The notes: generated by a model not told the origin, from the letters alone. Shown: positions 39,085 through 50,296, numbered from the stretch's first letter. The stretch: 64,000 nt of DNA from a bacterium (GCA_963675295.2 CAXXKJ010000002.1:352001-416000), one strand, 5' to 3'. Translations and numbers: made by a program.

Positions 39085-42000
39085 CTACTTCATCAACACC
39101 ACCCGTCGTGTCGCCGTGAAGTCGTCGGCCTGCATCCGCACGAAGTACACGCCGGACGCGGTCTTGTCACCGTTCCACACCACCTGGTGCGCGCCGCCGT
39201 TAACCGGTTCATTCAGCAACGTCGCCACTTCACGTCCGAGCACGTCAAACACCGCGATCTTCACCTGTGCCCGGTGCGGCAGCATGAACGGCACCACGGT
39301 GCTCGGGTTGAACGGGTTCGGATACGCCGGTTGCAGGCTCCACGCCAGCGGCACCTTCGCGGAGGACGGTTCACCCATCCCTGTCGTCATGTCGTGAATC
39401 CGCATCGCGTAGACATCATCGCCGGGTGCATACCCCAGCCGTCCTCGATAGTCATTCCACACAGCGAGCATGCCGCCGAAACCGTCCGGCGCGATTACGA
39501 GATCTTCCCGTTCATACGGCGCATCACTGAAGATCAGCCCTTCCGTATTGTAGTCGGGGCTGGCGAACGATCCGTCATGCTTGAGATGCACATACCGCAT
39601 CTCCATGTCGTCCCAGGTATACCCGTCGACACACATCCACGTCGCGTAGACACCACCTTCGCCATCCGGACACAGCAGGTTGTACCAGTGATAGTCAGTG
39701 TTCGAATTCAGTTCGATTGGGTCCCCAACAACCTGACCCGTCTGAATATCCATCACCTGCACGACCTCGCCATAGCTGCCATTCTGGCGCGCGCACCAGA
39801 ACGTGTTTGCGTCACGCGGCGCAATTCCCGGCCGCACGGTGATCGGTTCCAGATCCAGCGGCGCGTCCGGATACAGCAGGTCGCCGTTTGCATCAATGCC
39901 TTGCAGGTAATACACCGCATTCCGGTTCGAGTCGTTCGAACAGATGATGGTTAAGACGGTGTCACCCTGAATGATGGTTTCGAAAGTGTCAAGGTCTTCG
40001 CAGGCATACAGATCGGCGAGTACAACCGGTTCCGGCCACAGGGTTTCGCCGGCTTCGTTCACGGCGACCGCATAGAGGGGACGGCTGGCGTCCGTACCAC
40101 AGTGATAAAACACCATCTTCGTGCCGTCATCCATGCGGACAGCTCCGTCGATGTTGCTGTAGTATTCCGTTTCCGCCAACTGGACTCCCTGCGGATCGGC
40201 GAGGGTCGACTGTCCGTTACCGTCGTAGTGGTTGAACCACACTCCGTTGATATCATCCATATCATCTAAATCGAAGAAGACGGAAAGACCACCCTGACCA
40301 TCGGGCAGCAGTACCATTGGCAGACCATGCCCGAAAATATTGTGGTCGGCGTCATACACAGTAAGCCCTTCTTCGCCCCACAGCAGGTTGCCAGCGGCAT
40401 CCACACGCTGCACGCGTGACCGTTGCCCACCTTCCCAACCAGTGGTATACCGCTCATACCAGCTCGCAAAGGCCCCGCCGGTTCCATCCGGTTGAATGTC
40501 AAGAGTAAAACAATCGACACTTATACTGTCATACTGAGCATTTTCCAGGCCGGGCGCGATGTGAATACCATGATCCGTCCACATCGTTTCCCCGCTGATC
40601 AGGTCGATCCGCTGCATGTACGGCCGATCGCCGCGATCCAGGTGACGCCTGTCATTCCACAACGTATACGCACTGTTGCCCGAGCTGATGATCTGGGGCT
40701 CACGTGTATTTCCCGCAAATCCTTCGACCACTGTCTGCTGTGTATCAACCATTTGCCCAGTGGTCAGACTGAAGCTGTTCGTATACAGCCCCTCAATTCC
40801 CGGCGCTTGCACCATGTATGCCGCCCGCAGCACATCGTCGTCCTGTAGCATGTAGCGGCCGGGATAGGTGTACAGGTCGTCAATTACGTCATCGACCGTC
40901 CACACCGTCGCGCCGTCATCGGCGAGACGTAGCAACTGTGTCTGATTGACAATGCGGTTCCCACCAGCATACTCCGGCCGGGTCCACAAAACGACAGCTC
41001 CGCCGTCCACCAGCGGCAATACACTGCCGGTGCTGAACCGGATACAGTCATCATCCTCGATCTGCAGCCCCGCGGTACCGTTCCAGTCAAGCACCAGGTC
41101 ATCGTTGACCAGCCGCATTCGCTGCATGAACAGCGGGTTTTTGCTACCCTCAGGTCCGGAATGATACAGCATGTACCAGGTCTGATCATCCGCCTTGAAA
41201 ATCTCCTGATCTTTTTCCCGGCCGTCACCTTCAGCGACAACCACTTCGTCCACCCCCCAGGCAAGCGTCCCGTCAGCGAGGATGTGCTGCGCGAAGATGT
41301 CGTCAAAGTTAGGCACGGTTTCCTGGGTGTACGTCACCAGCGCGCCACCCTCGCCGTCGGCGCTGACCGACAGATCCAGGTGTTCCCAGTCGCCGGTTTG
41401 CGCAATCAGCAGATACGAGTCGTCATCACCCCACAACACCTGCCCGTCCGGCGCGATCCGCGTGCAATACAACTCGTCCGTATCATCGCTCAGCCAGAAC
41501 AGGAGCAAGCCATTGTGCTCGTCTGACCTCATGTCCAACAGGTATTCGCGCTGAGTTCCAGCTGTGGTGAAAACAACGCCGTGCCGTCGGCGTCGAATTT
41601 CTGTACGCCCTGATATTGATTACGCACCGTCCACACGGCGTAGAATTCGTCGTCGCCGGCAGGAATCAGCTTGAAGTTGTAGGCCTGTACGACCTCATCC
41701 GCAGCCGGGATACCGTTGCTATCCCACAGCAGGTTGCCATTGGCGTCCAGCCGTTGCATGTACAGTTCGCCGTAGTCGGATTTCCCGCTTCCGAAGGTGT
41801 TGTAATCGCGCCACGCGACCACCCAGCCATCGAGGAATGGGATGATCGTCGGGCTGTCCTGGGCGTAATTGTCGGACGTCACCTGCACGCCGCCGTCACC
41901 CCAAAGCGGGTTGCCGTCGGAATCGTAGGCTTGCACGTACACATTCTGCACCTGCGTGTGCGCGTCCGACCACGCAATCGCGTAGCTGCCGTCGGCCTTT

Positions 42001-42155
42001 TCGGCGACACCGCTGTCCAGCCAGCGAATGTGCGGCGATTGACGGACCTCGACACCGGTTTCCGGCGACCAGACGGTGAAGTTTGCGGAAGCGGAACAAA
42101 TGGTAAGTAGAACAGCGAGGAACACCAGGACGGGTAAACGGTTCACAGTCAGCAT
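39085..42155 (-). pseudogene. Frameshifted secreted beta-rich protein with T9SS-like CTD (ORFs 41529-42155 and 39085-41538)
   Basis: The 5' ORF carries the signal peptide and the 3' ORF carries the CTD. Both share QRxDxxGNxLW repeats, and the frames overlap, offset by 1 nt. Confidence 0.75.
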
Positions 42156-42420
42156 CTCACATCCCCCGAGTGTTGTGACATAGATAGATTCGCTTTGTCG
42201 TCCGGCACGCGATTCGAACGGCATACCGCCCGTACAGTGACGAATCTTGAAGTTATGGTGTGTCAAAAAATACAAACAAAGGTACGGACACTGTTTTCCA
42301 CGTATCAAGCGATCAGTCACAAATCGTCAGGAATATCACCGGTTTTGCTCCCGGGAGCCGGGGAAAGAGATCGGTTGAATTGGGAGATTCCTGGTGCTTG
42401 GGGGAAGGTGAAATGGCTGT

Positions 42421-42605
42421 ATGCCCCGACCAGCTTGCTGGTCGGGCATATCCGCAGGCTTCAATCATGTGGTGTGTCATCCCCCACGATATTCATGTCT
42501 GGGATGAACGCCGGTAGCATGTGCCCCTGATGGCTCCGCCAGCAGGGCTGATCCGCAGGATGGAATCTTGCCCGTGTTGGCTCCGACAACGCGGGTCAAC
42601 CGCAC
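42421..42605 (+). repeat. Cluster of 4 REP-like hairpins
   Basis: Units at 42421 (D), ~42479 (B/C), 42521 (A) and 42568 (G). Confidence 0.85.
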
Positions 42606-42738
42606 CCGATCCAGCCTCCACACCACCTCTCCGGGATCATCCGTGTCCGATCTCAAGTATCACCGTCAGATTCGAGCTTGCGCGCCACATTGATACGTCC
42701 GACCTTCCAGTCATCACCAACCGGGGGACCCAACCGCC

Positions 42739-43395
42739 ATGCGCACCCTGACCGTCGTACTCTTCCTCCTCATCGCGACCATTTCCGCCCACGCCGAAGA
42801 CTCCTGGCGATCCCTCGTCAACGATCAGATCAAGCACGCGCGCACCGTGATGCGCACCGACACGGTCACCGTCCTCACCATCAACATCATGCTGGAGAAG
42901 GACGGGGAGGAGAAGGAGCGCGACACCACCCGTACCCGTGTCTACTTCGAGGGCGGCGACCAGATCATTGACCAGCTCGCGCCGGACGGATCCATCACCG
43001 ACACGAAACGCGAACCCCGCCCGGACGGCTACGTCCCGCAGTCGGGCGTGCTGTCCATGTTCGACGTCGAAAACGCGGACGTGTTCACGTTAACCGAACA
43101 GGGCCACGACGCGGACGGCTACCTGATCGTCGACTTTGCCCCCCACGAACCAGCGGACAGCCTGTTCACCGGCACGGCGTACATCGACACCAGCGCGTGG
43201 TTTCCGGCCCGGATGGAGATGACCCTCAGCGAGCTGCCGGACAAGGTGAAGGAGATGGACATGGTGGCATACTTTGGCCCCGGCGCGGACGGTGTCTTCC
43301 GCCCACAGTCGATGACCGCCGACGGCCGCGCGAAATGGCTCTTGCTGACCTTCTACTTCCGCACCGAAACCCAGTACAGCTGGTCACAACGATAG
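42739..43395 (+). CDS. Hypothetical exported protein
   Basis: Signal peptide ending AHA; GC-rich codon usage; beta-rich. Confidence 0.7.
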   Translation: MRTLTVVLFLLIATISAHAEDSWRSLVNDQIKHARTVMRTDTVTVLTINIMLEKDGEEKERDTTRTRVYFEGGDQIIDQLAPDGSITDTKREPRPDGYVPQSGVLSMFDVENADVFTLTEQGHDADGYLIVDFAPHEPADSLFTGTAYIDTSAWFPARMEMTLSELPDKVKEMDMVAYFGPGADGVFRPQSMTADGRAKWLLLTFYFRTETQYSWSQR

Positions 43396-43412
43396 CATAC
43401 GTGGAGTTTACG

Positions 43413-43976
43413 ATGGACATCATGGACGCTATCCACAGCCGCCGCACCATCCACGCATTCAAGCACGATCCGATTCCGGACGATACCCTGTCCGCCATTC
43501 TCGAGGCGGCCACCTGGGCACCGTCCCACAAGAACGAGCAGCCGTGGCGGTTTGCCCGTGTCGGCGCCGAAACCCGTGCGAAACTGCTCGGCATGCTGCA
43601 GATGAAGGTGAAGGAGCTGCTCGCCGACGAGGATGTCGCTCCGCCGGTCCGCAAGAATTATGAGTCGTTGGCGAACGATTTCGGCGGCGCGCCGGTGATG
43701 ATCGCGGTGTACGCGCAGGGTGGGGAAGACCCGTTGCACACGCAGGAAAACCAGCTCGCAACCGCGTGCGCGGTGCAAAACCTGACCCTCGCGGCGTGGG
43801 CGAAGGGTGTCGGCGCGGTGTGGCTGACTGTCGGCTCGGTCCCGCCGGCGAAACCGGTGCTGCAGGCGGGGGACGGCGAGACCGTCGTCGCGCTACTCGC
43901 CCTCGGCTACCCGGACCAGCAGCCGCCCGCTCTGCCACGCACCCCCTGGTCCGGCAAGATCCGCGACCTGCCGTAA
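43413..43976 (+). CDS. Nitroreductase family protein
   Basis: AIHSRRTIHAF, WAPSHKNEQPWRF, AVQNLTLAA, LALGYP. Confidence 0.92.
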   Translation: MDIMDAIHSRRTIHAFKHDPIPDDTLSAILEAATWAPSHKNEQPWRFARVGAETRAKLLGMLQMKVKELLADEDVAPPVRKNYESLANDFGGAPVMIAVYAQGGEDPLHTQENQLATACAVQNLTLAAWAKGVGAVWLTVGSVPPAKPVLQAGDGETVVALLALGYPDQQPPALPRTPWSGKIRDLP

Positions 43977-44058
43977 TCGGCTGCTGAATTTCTGCTTCCA
44001 AACTGAAACGGAATATAAGTGCAACCAAAGATTAACTAGTAACACTGAAAAACACTTA

Positions 44059-44292
44059 TTATTGTTCATTTCTATGGATTGAGGCGGTAGAATATGTCTG
44101 ATATACATAACCACTTGGGTTAACTTCATCGTGGTTATATACTTCATGTTCTTGGTCTTCATGAACAGAAAATGTTATATCTCCATCTTTATTTACTTTA
44201 ATATGCACTATTTTTTCGTTTAGATGCATTAATTGTTCAACTAGTCCTTTGTCGGCGGAAATTGTTAGCTTGTTGAGTTTTTGATCGCTCAC
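44059..44292 (-). CDS. Small hypothetical protein (AT-rich insert)
   Basis: 77-aa ORF with AGGAG RBS directly behind the 261-aa ORF. Confidence 0.55.
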   Translation of the reverse strand: MSDQKLNKLTISADKGLVEQLMHLNEKIVHIKVNKDGDITFSVHEDQEHEVYNHDEVNPSGYVYQTYSTASIHRNEQ

Positions 44293-44309
44293 TTTCTTCT
44301 CCTTAACTT

Positions 44310-45095
44310 TTAGTAAAAATATTCTGCTATTTTATCAACCGATAAGTCATTACCACCATCAACATTCAATATCAAACAAAAATCCTTGTTAAAATATTTC
44401 CAAAATAACGATTTCCAATTACGCATTAAATAATAAGTAGAAGCAGATGTGCCTGTGGATCCTAATCCGGCACAAATGATTATCCAAAACTTTTTATTTA
44501 TGGGAGATCGAATTTTCATAACTAATCCTTTATCGTATCTACCATCTATTCTGTATTTTTTATTGTTCCAAAAAGTTTGAATTGCAACTCCCTTTGAATC
44601 TTGAATAAAACGCGCAAAATGTGTAAATTGCCTATTTAAAATGTCGTGTGTCTTAATATTAGAACTGCTACTGCCCAAACAAATTAGATTAGCATCCCAT
44701 AAATTTTTTACTTCTAAATCGTTCTTTATTTTCGGTGCGTGTCGCGTAAACTTACCAAATGTTTGGTTTATATATTGTATAGAACTAATATTACTTTCGC
44801 CATATACCTTTCTTGGACCGTTTATATGGTGATTACGATTTATTTTTAGAAAGAACAAATCTTTTAATGGAGGATAATCAATTTCAAGCACATCGGGAAC
44901 AATTATAGTCTTATCTTTGAAATATCTACTCGAACCCCAAAAAAGCCGAGTTCTAAATCGTAATAAGAACTCCAATAAAATAGGACCATACTTTGAGCCA
45001 AGTACCCATATAGAAGTAGCTAATAGACTAGCAAGAATACCGGCTTTAACTGTTTCTGAAGTTATAACATCAAAAATCTTTTCCCAAATCTCCAT
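44310..45095 (-). CDS. Hypothetical membrane-anchored protein (AT-rich insert)
   Basis: 261-aa ORF in AT-rich DNA; N-terminal hydrophobic helix; NLICLGS..SN and AGLGSTGT motifs. Confidence 0.75.
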   Translation of the reverse strand: MEIWEKIFDVITSETVKAGILASLLATSIWVLGSKYGPILLEFLLRFRTRLFWGSSRYFKDKTIIVPDVLEIDYPPLKDLFFLKINRNHHINGPRKVYGESNISSIQYINQTFGKFTRHAPKIKNDLEVKNLWDANLICLGSSSSNIKTHDILNRQFTHFARFIQDSKGVAIQTFWNNKKYRIDGRYDKGLVMKIRSPINKKFWIIICAGLGSTGTSASTYYLMRNWKSLFWKYFNKDFCLILNVDGGNDLSVDKIAEYFY

Positions 45096-45098
45096 ATC

Positions 45099-46052
45099 CT
45101 ACTCCTCAAACACTCCCATCTTCCCGAATTTCGCGACACGTTCGGTGATCAGGGTTTCGACGGGCAGTTTGCTCAGATCGCGGAAGTGTTTCATCACGCC
45201 GGTCTTGATGCTCGCGGCGGTGGCTTTCCAGTCACGGTGGGCGCCGCCGAACGCTTCCGGCAGGATTTCGTCGATGATGCCCAGTTCGAGCAGGTCGGGC
45301 GCGGTGATTTTCATCGCGTCGGCCGCGGCGGGGGCGTGTGCGGCGTCACGCCACAGAATCGACGCGCACCCTTCCGGGCTGATGACGCTGTAGATCGAGT
45401 GTTCGAGCATCAGGACACGGTCGGTGACGCCGATTGCCAGCGCACCGCCGGACCCGCCTTCGCCGATCACGCAGGCGACAATCGGCACTCGCAGCTGGCT
45501 CATCTCGTACAGGTTCCGTGCGATCGCTTCCGCCTGGCCGCGTTCTTCCGCGCCAAGGCCGGGGTACGCGCCGGGCGTATCGATCAGCGTCAGCACGGGA
45601 CGGTTGAACTTTTCCGCCAGCTTCATCGCACGCAGGGCTTTACGATACCCTTCCGGGTGCGGCATGCCGAAATTGCGGAACAGGTTGTCCTTGGTGCCGC
45701 GGCCTTTCTGGTGGCCGACGATCAGCACGTCCATCCCGTCGATGGTGGCGATACCGGTGATGATCGCGTTGTCGTCGCGGTAGTTCCGGTCGCCGTGGAT
45801 TTCCTCGAACCGGCTGGCGATCAGCTTGATGTAGTCGAGGGTGTACGGCCGTTTCGGATGACGTGCGAGCTGCACCCGTTGCCAGCGGTTCAGGTTGCTG
45901 AACACATCCTGGCGCAGGCTGTCGGCTTTCTTCTGCAGCAGCGTGATTTCATCGGTGATATCGACCCCGCCGGACGACAGTTCCTGCATCTCGGCGATCT
46001 TTTTTTCCAGTTCGACAATCGGCTTTTCGAAGTCGAGCACGAATTCCCGCAT
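45099..46052 (-). CDS. accA: Acetyl-CoA carboxylase carboxyltransferase alpha subunit
   Basis: LARHPKRP, GHQKG, FGMPHPEGYRKA, IDTPGAYPG, GEGGSGGA. Confidence 0.97.
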   Translation of the reverse strand: MREFVLDFEKPIVELEKKIAEMQELSSGGVDITDEITLLQKKADSLRQDVFSNLNRWQRVQLARHPKRPYTLDYIKLIASRFEEIHGDRNYRDDNAIITGIATIDGMDVLIVGHQKGRGTKDNLFRNFGMPHPEGYRKALRAMKLAEKFNRPVLTLIDTPGAYPGLGAEERGQAEAIARNLYEMSQLRVPIVACVIGEGGSGGALAIGVTDRVLMLEHSIYSVISPEGCASILWRDAAHAPAAADAMKITAPDLLELGIIDEILPEAFGGAHRDWKATAASIKTGVMKHFRDLSKLPVETLITERVAKFGKMGVFEE

Positions 46053-46161
46053 CGGTATCCTCTTTCCACTTCAATGAAGTCATCGCCCCAATTCAACGAG
46101 ATCGGCACCTCAATTCAATGAGGTTAATGCCACTGTTAAACGAGGCTGGCACTCCAATGGT

Positions 46162-46450
46162 GTCATCCTGAACGAAGTGAAGGATCTACGTTCCCGTTGA
46201 TCCATCACGTGATATCGAAATCATGCCCCAGACATTCATGTCTGGGCTCATCGTCGGTCGCCATGCCCACGACATTTATGTCGTGGCTGATCCGTCATCT
46301 GGTTTTAAAGTCATGCCCTCGGGCTTCAGCCCGGGATCATCAGCCAACAGACATTCCTCAGGATCCACGCCCTCGGACTTCAGTCCGGGATTACCAACCC
46401 CGGAAATCCATCACAATCTTGCTTTTCTTTCCCACAGCCCACAGCCCGTC
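46162..46450 (+). repeat. Cluster: GTCATCCTGAACGAAGTGAAGGATCT element plus 4 REP-like hairpins
   Basis: Units at 46223 (B), 46263 (C), 46313 and 46367 (F); CACAGCC heptamers at 46432. Confidence 0.85.
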
Positions 46451-46453
46451 GTT

Positions 46454-48046
46454 TCACTCGTCCCCGTTCTCGGCTTTCCGCGCGTCTTTTTCCTGTTGTT
46501 CCCGTTCTTCGGCGTGTTTCACCGGATCGGGCCACAGCGTGCTTTCGTCGAGGATGCGCACATGCACCCCCGGCAGCGGCGACAGTTCGAGGAACGTTAA
46601 AATCTGTTCATAGGTCGCGGTTCCGGCGGAGAACAGCACCTGCTTGAGCCGTCGTTGCCGTGTCAATTCGGGTAGATCTTCGACCCGCGCGAAGATATCG
46701 AGGCCGAGCGTGTCGGTATCAGCGGATTCGTCCGCATTTCCCCACAGTGCCCACGCCCAGGTATCGCGTTTGACACCCTGCTCGAGCTGTTGTTTCAGCC
46801 AGTCGCGGGAGACATCGTCCGGTCCGGCGATGACCGACCGCGCGGTCACACTGGGCAGCCGGGAGATGGTGCGGAAGATCCGCCGCGACCCGAGCAGCAC
46901 CCAGCCGAACCCGGCCCACATCGTCAGGAACAGCCCGGAGCGTCCGTTCGAGCCGGACAAAAAGTAACCTGCCATCGCGAGGAAGGCAAAGATAATCGCG
47001 GCGACGATATGGAACGGCGCACGCAGTTTTTCTTTCGGTTTGCGGGCACGGTACGCGCCCAGCAGCGCGAGCATCAGCACTGGCGAACCGGTCAGCAACG
47101 GTCCGATCATCGGGTCGCGTGGCCCGAGCAACGGCATCAGCACCCACACCAGCCCGGCCATCAGGCCGGTATCCAGCAGCGGTGCGCGCCACGTGCGACG
47201 GTTCCGCCGCATCCGGGACGCAATTTTGGCAATTTCGACGCCGGAGTCCATCATGAAGGTTTTCACCGGTCCCGGCCGTAGACGGTGGCGGTAGAAAATC
47301 TTCATCGCGTCGAAGAAATGACGGTCGTGCGCGGCTTCGTCCTGCTTCGTCGATTGGCCCTTGATGTGCATGATTGGCGCGTCAGGAACGTAGCCCAGTT
47401 TCCACCCGGCTCGACGGATCGCGTCGCTCCACGCGATATCCTCACCATACATGAAATACTGTTCGTCGAGGCCGCCGACCTTCTCGTACGCTTCCCGCCG
47501 CACCATCATCGCGCAACCGCACAGCGCGCCGACGTCATGCAGCATATCCTCGTGCAGATAGCCCAGCTGATACTGGCTGAAGAACCGGCTGCGTGGGAAC
47601 ATGCTGGACAGACCGGACAGCTTGCAGAACGACGACCACGGGGTCGGGATCGACCGTTTGCCGGATGCTTGGTACGTGCCGTCTTCGTTCAGCAGCTTCG
47701 GGCCGACCGCGCCGTACTCTTCGTGGTCGTCGAGGAACCGGACCAGCGTCGACAGCGACTGCGGACGAAGAATGGTGTCCGGATTGAGGATCATCAGGTG
47801 CCTGCCGGTTCCCTGCTTCAGCGCGATGTTGTTCGCTTTCGCGAAGCCGAGGTTATCCTCATTCGCGATCAGTTTCACCCACGGGAACCGTTCCCGGACC
47901 ATCTCCGGGGTATGATCCTCGGAGGCATTATCCACCACCCATGTCTCAACCTCCATGCCGTCCCGGGCCTTGTCGAGGGACAGCAGGCAGGTCGCGAGCA
48001 GGTTGCGCACGTTGTAAGAGACGATGATGACGGAGAGATCGGTCAC
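46454..48046 (-). CDS. GT2 glycosyltransferase with C-terminal membrane region
   Basis: SVIIVSYN, VVDNAS, NLGFAKANN, LNPD, FMYGED. Confidence 0.9.
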   Translation of the reverse strand: MTDLSVIIVSYNVRNLLATCLLSLDKARDGMEVETWVVDNASEDHTPEMVRERFPWVKLIANEDNLGFAKANNIALKQGTGRHLMILNPDTILRPQSLSTLVRFLDDHEEYGAVGPKLLNEDGTYQASGKRSIPTPWSSFCKLSGLSSMFPRSRFFSQYQLGYLHEDMLHDVGALCGCAMMVRREAYEKVGGLDEQYFMYGEDIAWSDAIRRAGWKLGYVPDAPIMHIKGQSTKQDEAAHDRHFFDAMKIFYRHRLRPGPVKTFMMDSGVEIAKIASRMRRNRRTWRAPLLDTGLMAGLVWVLMPLLGPRDPMIGPLLTGSPVLMLALLGAYRARKPKEKLRAPFHIVAAIIFAFLAMAGYFLSGSNGRSGLFLTMWAGFGWVLLGSRRIFRTISRLPSVTARSVIAGPDDVSRDWLKQQLEQGVKRDTWAWALWGNADESADTDTLGLDIFARVEDLPELTRQRRLKQVLFSAGTATYEQILTFLELSPLPGVHVRILDESTLWPDPVKHAEEREQQEKDARKAENGDE

Positions 48047-48792
48047 GAGTTACGTCCGAGCAGCGCGCCGAGCCGCAGCCTCCACACGCGCCAGATGGCC
48101 TCAAGTACGATTTTCTTGTTCATCTTCGAGCTGCCCTGTTCACGTTCAGTGAACACGATCGGCACCTCGACAATCCGGAATCCGCGCCGGTGTGTCTTGA
48201 ATTTGATCTCGATCTGGAAGCTGTATCCGTTGGAGCGAATCCTGTTCAGGTTGATCTTCTCCAGCACTTCCCGGCGGATCGCGGCAAACCCGGCCGTCTG
48301 GTCAGTGTACGGCATCCCGGTTACCAGCCGGGAATAGACCGACGCCGTGTACGACATGATCAGCCGTTGCAACGGCCAGTTGATCACGTTCACGCCCTTG
48401 ACGTAACGGCTGCCGATCACGAAATGTGCCTTTTCGGCGGCTTTCAGCAGGCGGGGGATGTCGTCCGGGTTGTGGCTCAGGTCGGCGTCGATTTCGATGA
48501 CGGCGTCAAAATCGCGTTCCAGCGCGTACTTGAACCCGGCCACATACGCCGTCCCGAGTCCGAGCTTGCCCGCACGCCGCAGCAGGGTCACCCGCGGATT
48601 GGTCAGCTGGATTTCCTCGACGATTTCCCCGGTACCGTCCGGGGACGCGTCATCCACGATCAACAGGTTGATGCGGTTATCAGCCGCGAGTACGCGATTA
48701 ATGGCATTCCGGATATTGTCGCGCTCATTGTACGTCGGCATGATCGCGAGCACTTTCCGGATCGGGGTTTCAGGTAGGGGTATCGTGGCCAT
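48043..48792 (-). CDS. Polyprenol monophosphomannose synthase (DPM1/Ppm1-like GT2)
   Basis: PTYNERDN, VDDASPDGT, KLGLGTAY, DADLSH, GYSFQIE. Confidence 0.88.
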   Translation of the reverse strand: MATIPLPETPIRKVLAIMPTYNERDNIRNAINRVLAADNRINLLIVDDASPDGTGEIVEEIQLTNPRVTLLRRAGKLGLGTAYVAGFKYALERDFDAVIEIDADLSHNPDDIPRLLKAAEKAHFVIGSRYVKGVNVINWPLQRLIMSYTASVYSRLVTGMPYTDQTAGFAAIRREVLEKINLNRIRSNGYSFQIEIKFKTHRRGFRIVEVPIVFTEREQGSSKMNKKIVLEAIWRVWRLRLGALLGRNS

Positions 48793-49697
48793 CAGTTCAA
48801 CATGGCTTCCTGTTTACGGAACAGCATCAACTGTTCTTCCACGGTTCGGAACTGCATCTCCAGGTCGCGCTCGGTGCTGTCGATCACCAGCCCGCCCTGC
48901 AACGGACGTTGCGCCGTCTGCCCCAGCAGCTGCGTCAACGTCGGCTGAATGTACACGTCGTTCAGACCGTACGCCTTCGCCACCTTCATCGCGAACTCGA
49001 AACGGCTGAGGATTTCCTTGCCGGCGGCGTGGTAAATTCCGGTGCGCTTCTTCACGATGATCCGGCGGATCGCTTCCGCGATGTCGTCCACGATCGTCGT
49101 GTTCGAAATCTGATCGGTCACGATCTTCACGTCCTGCCGGTTCCGCACCATGTCCACCAGCCAGGTGACGAAGCTCGGTTTCAGATCGCGGCCATGACCG
49201 TAGAGCACGACGGTGCGCACAATCGCGCCGTCGATTCCACCGCCGAGCACGGCGTTTTCCGCCGCGTGCTTGCTTTTGCCGTAGAAGCTGATCGGATTCG
49301 GCCGGTCGAGTTCGCTGTACGGCCCCGCCTGCCCGTCGAACACGTAATCGGTGGACACCTGGATCAGGTGCGTGCCGATTCGGCGGGCGGAATCAACCAG
49401 CGTTTCAACCGCTGCGCAGTTGATTTTCCAGCAACGGTTGCGTTCAATCTCACACGCGTCCACATGCGTCATCGCGGCAGCGTTGACGATGGCGTGCGGC
49501 CGAATCTGCTGCAACAGGTCGAGTACCTTCGCCCGGTCTGTCAAGTCGATCTGGTGGAAGGTGTACTTCCGCCGTCCCGGAAACAGGTTGTCCTTGTGGA
49601 CATCCAGTCCGTGCAGCTCGCAGAAATCCGCGGTCAGGATTTCGACAAGCTTCTGTCCGAGCAGGCCATGACAGCCCGTGACGAGGATTCGTTTCAT
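48792..49697 (-). CDS. rfbD: dTDP-4-dehydrorhamnose reductase
   Basis: GCHGLLG, STDYVFDG, YGKSK. Confidence 0.88.
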   Translation of the reverse strand: MKRILVTGCHGLLGQKLVEILTADFCELHGLDVHKDNLFPGRRKYTFHQIDLTDRAKVLDLLQQIRPHAIVNAAAMTHVDACEIERNRCWKINCAAVETLVDSARRIGTHLIQVSTDYVFDGQAGPYSELDRPNPISFYGKSKHAAENAVLGGGIDGAIVRTVVLYGHGRDLKPSFVTWLVDMVRNRQDVKIVTDQISNTTIVDDIAEAIRRIIVKKRTGIYHAAGKEILSRFEFAMKVAKAYGLNDVYIQPTLTQLLGQTAQRPLQGGLVIDSTERDLEMQFRTVEEQLMLFRKQEAMLN

Positions 49698-50162
49698 CTA
49701 TTTCGGCAGTTTGAACCCGTTGGCGGCGAATTGCTTCAATTTGTCAGCGATCGCGGCATCCTGCAACGCAAGGATCCGCGCGGCGAGCACCCCGGCGTTG
49801 GTCGCGCCGGCCTTGCCGACGGCGACGGTTGCCACAGGCACACCGCCCGGCATCTGCACCGTGGACAACAGCGAATCGAGGCCGTCCATCAGCCCGCCCG
49901 GCAACGGAACCCCGATCACCGGCAGGTTGGTCTTCGCGGCGACGGTTCCGGCGAGGTGGTTGGCCATGCCCGCAGCGGCGATCACCGCCTGGAAGCCGTT
50001 CGCTTCGAGGTTCGCACAAAACTCGCTCACCTCGGCGGCGTTGCGGTGCGCGCTCAGCACCTTCACCTCGTGCTCGATTCCAAACCAGTCCAGTATCGGC
50101 AACGCGCGTTCGACAATGTCCCGGTCGTTCGCGCTGCCCATCATAATGGCAACTTTCGGCAT
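49698..50162 (-). CDS. purE: N5-CAIR mutase
   Basis: [31 protein letters not shown]. Confidence 0.96.
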   Translation of the reverse strand: MPKVAIMMGSANDRDIVERALPILDWFGIEHEVKVLSAHRNAAEVSEFCANLEANGFQAVIAAAGMANHLAGTVAAKTNLPVIGVPLPGGLMDGLDSLLSTVQMPGGVPVATVAVGKAGATNAGVLAARILALQDAAIADKLKQFAANGFKLPK

Positions 50163-50296
50163 GAGTCTTTTCTATCCGTTGGTAACGTTTCCGCGCGGCT
50201 CGTTTCCCCACCCCGAGCCGAACTCAAAGGGTAAGATATACCCCGCTTGCTGGCAAGCGGGGACAAGCGATCAACTCTCGGCGGCCTGACGGCGGC

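Noticed and set aside
8582-39360. Diversity-generating retroelement acting on the CTD genes
   Set aside because: No reverse transcriptase, and no template/variable repeat pair differing only at adenines. CTD similarity is protein-level paralogy.
43977-44310. Integron cassette origin for the AT-rich insert
   Set aside because: No attC-like RYYYAAC...GTTRRRY palindrome found after either ORF, and no integrase in the window.
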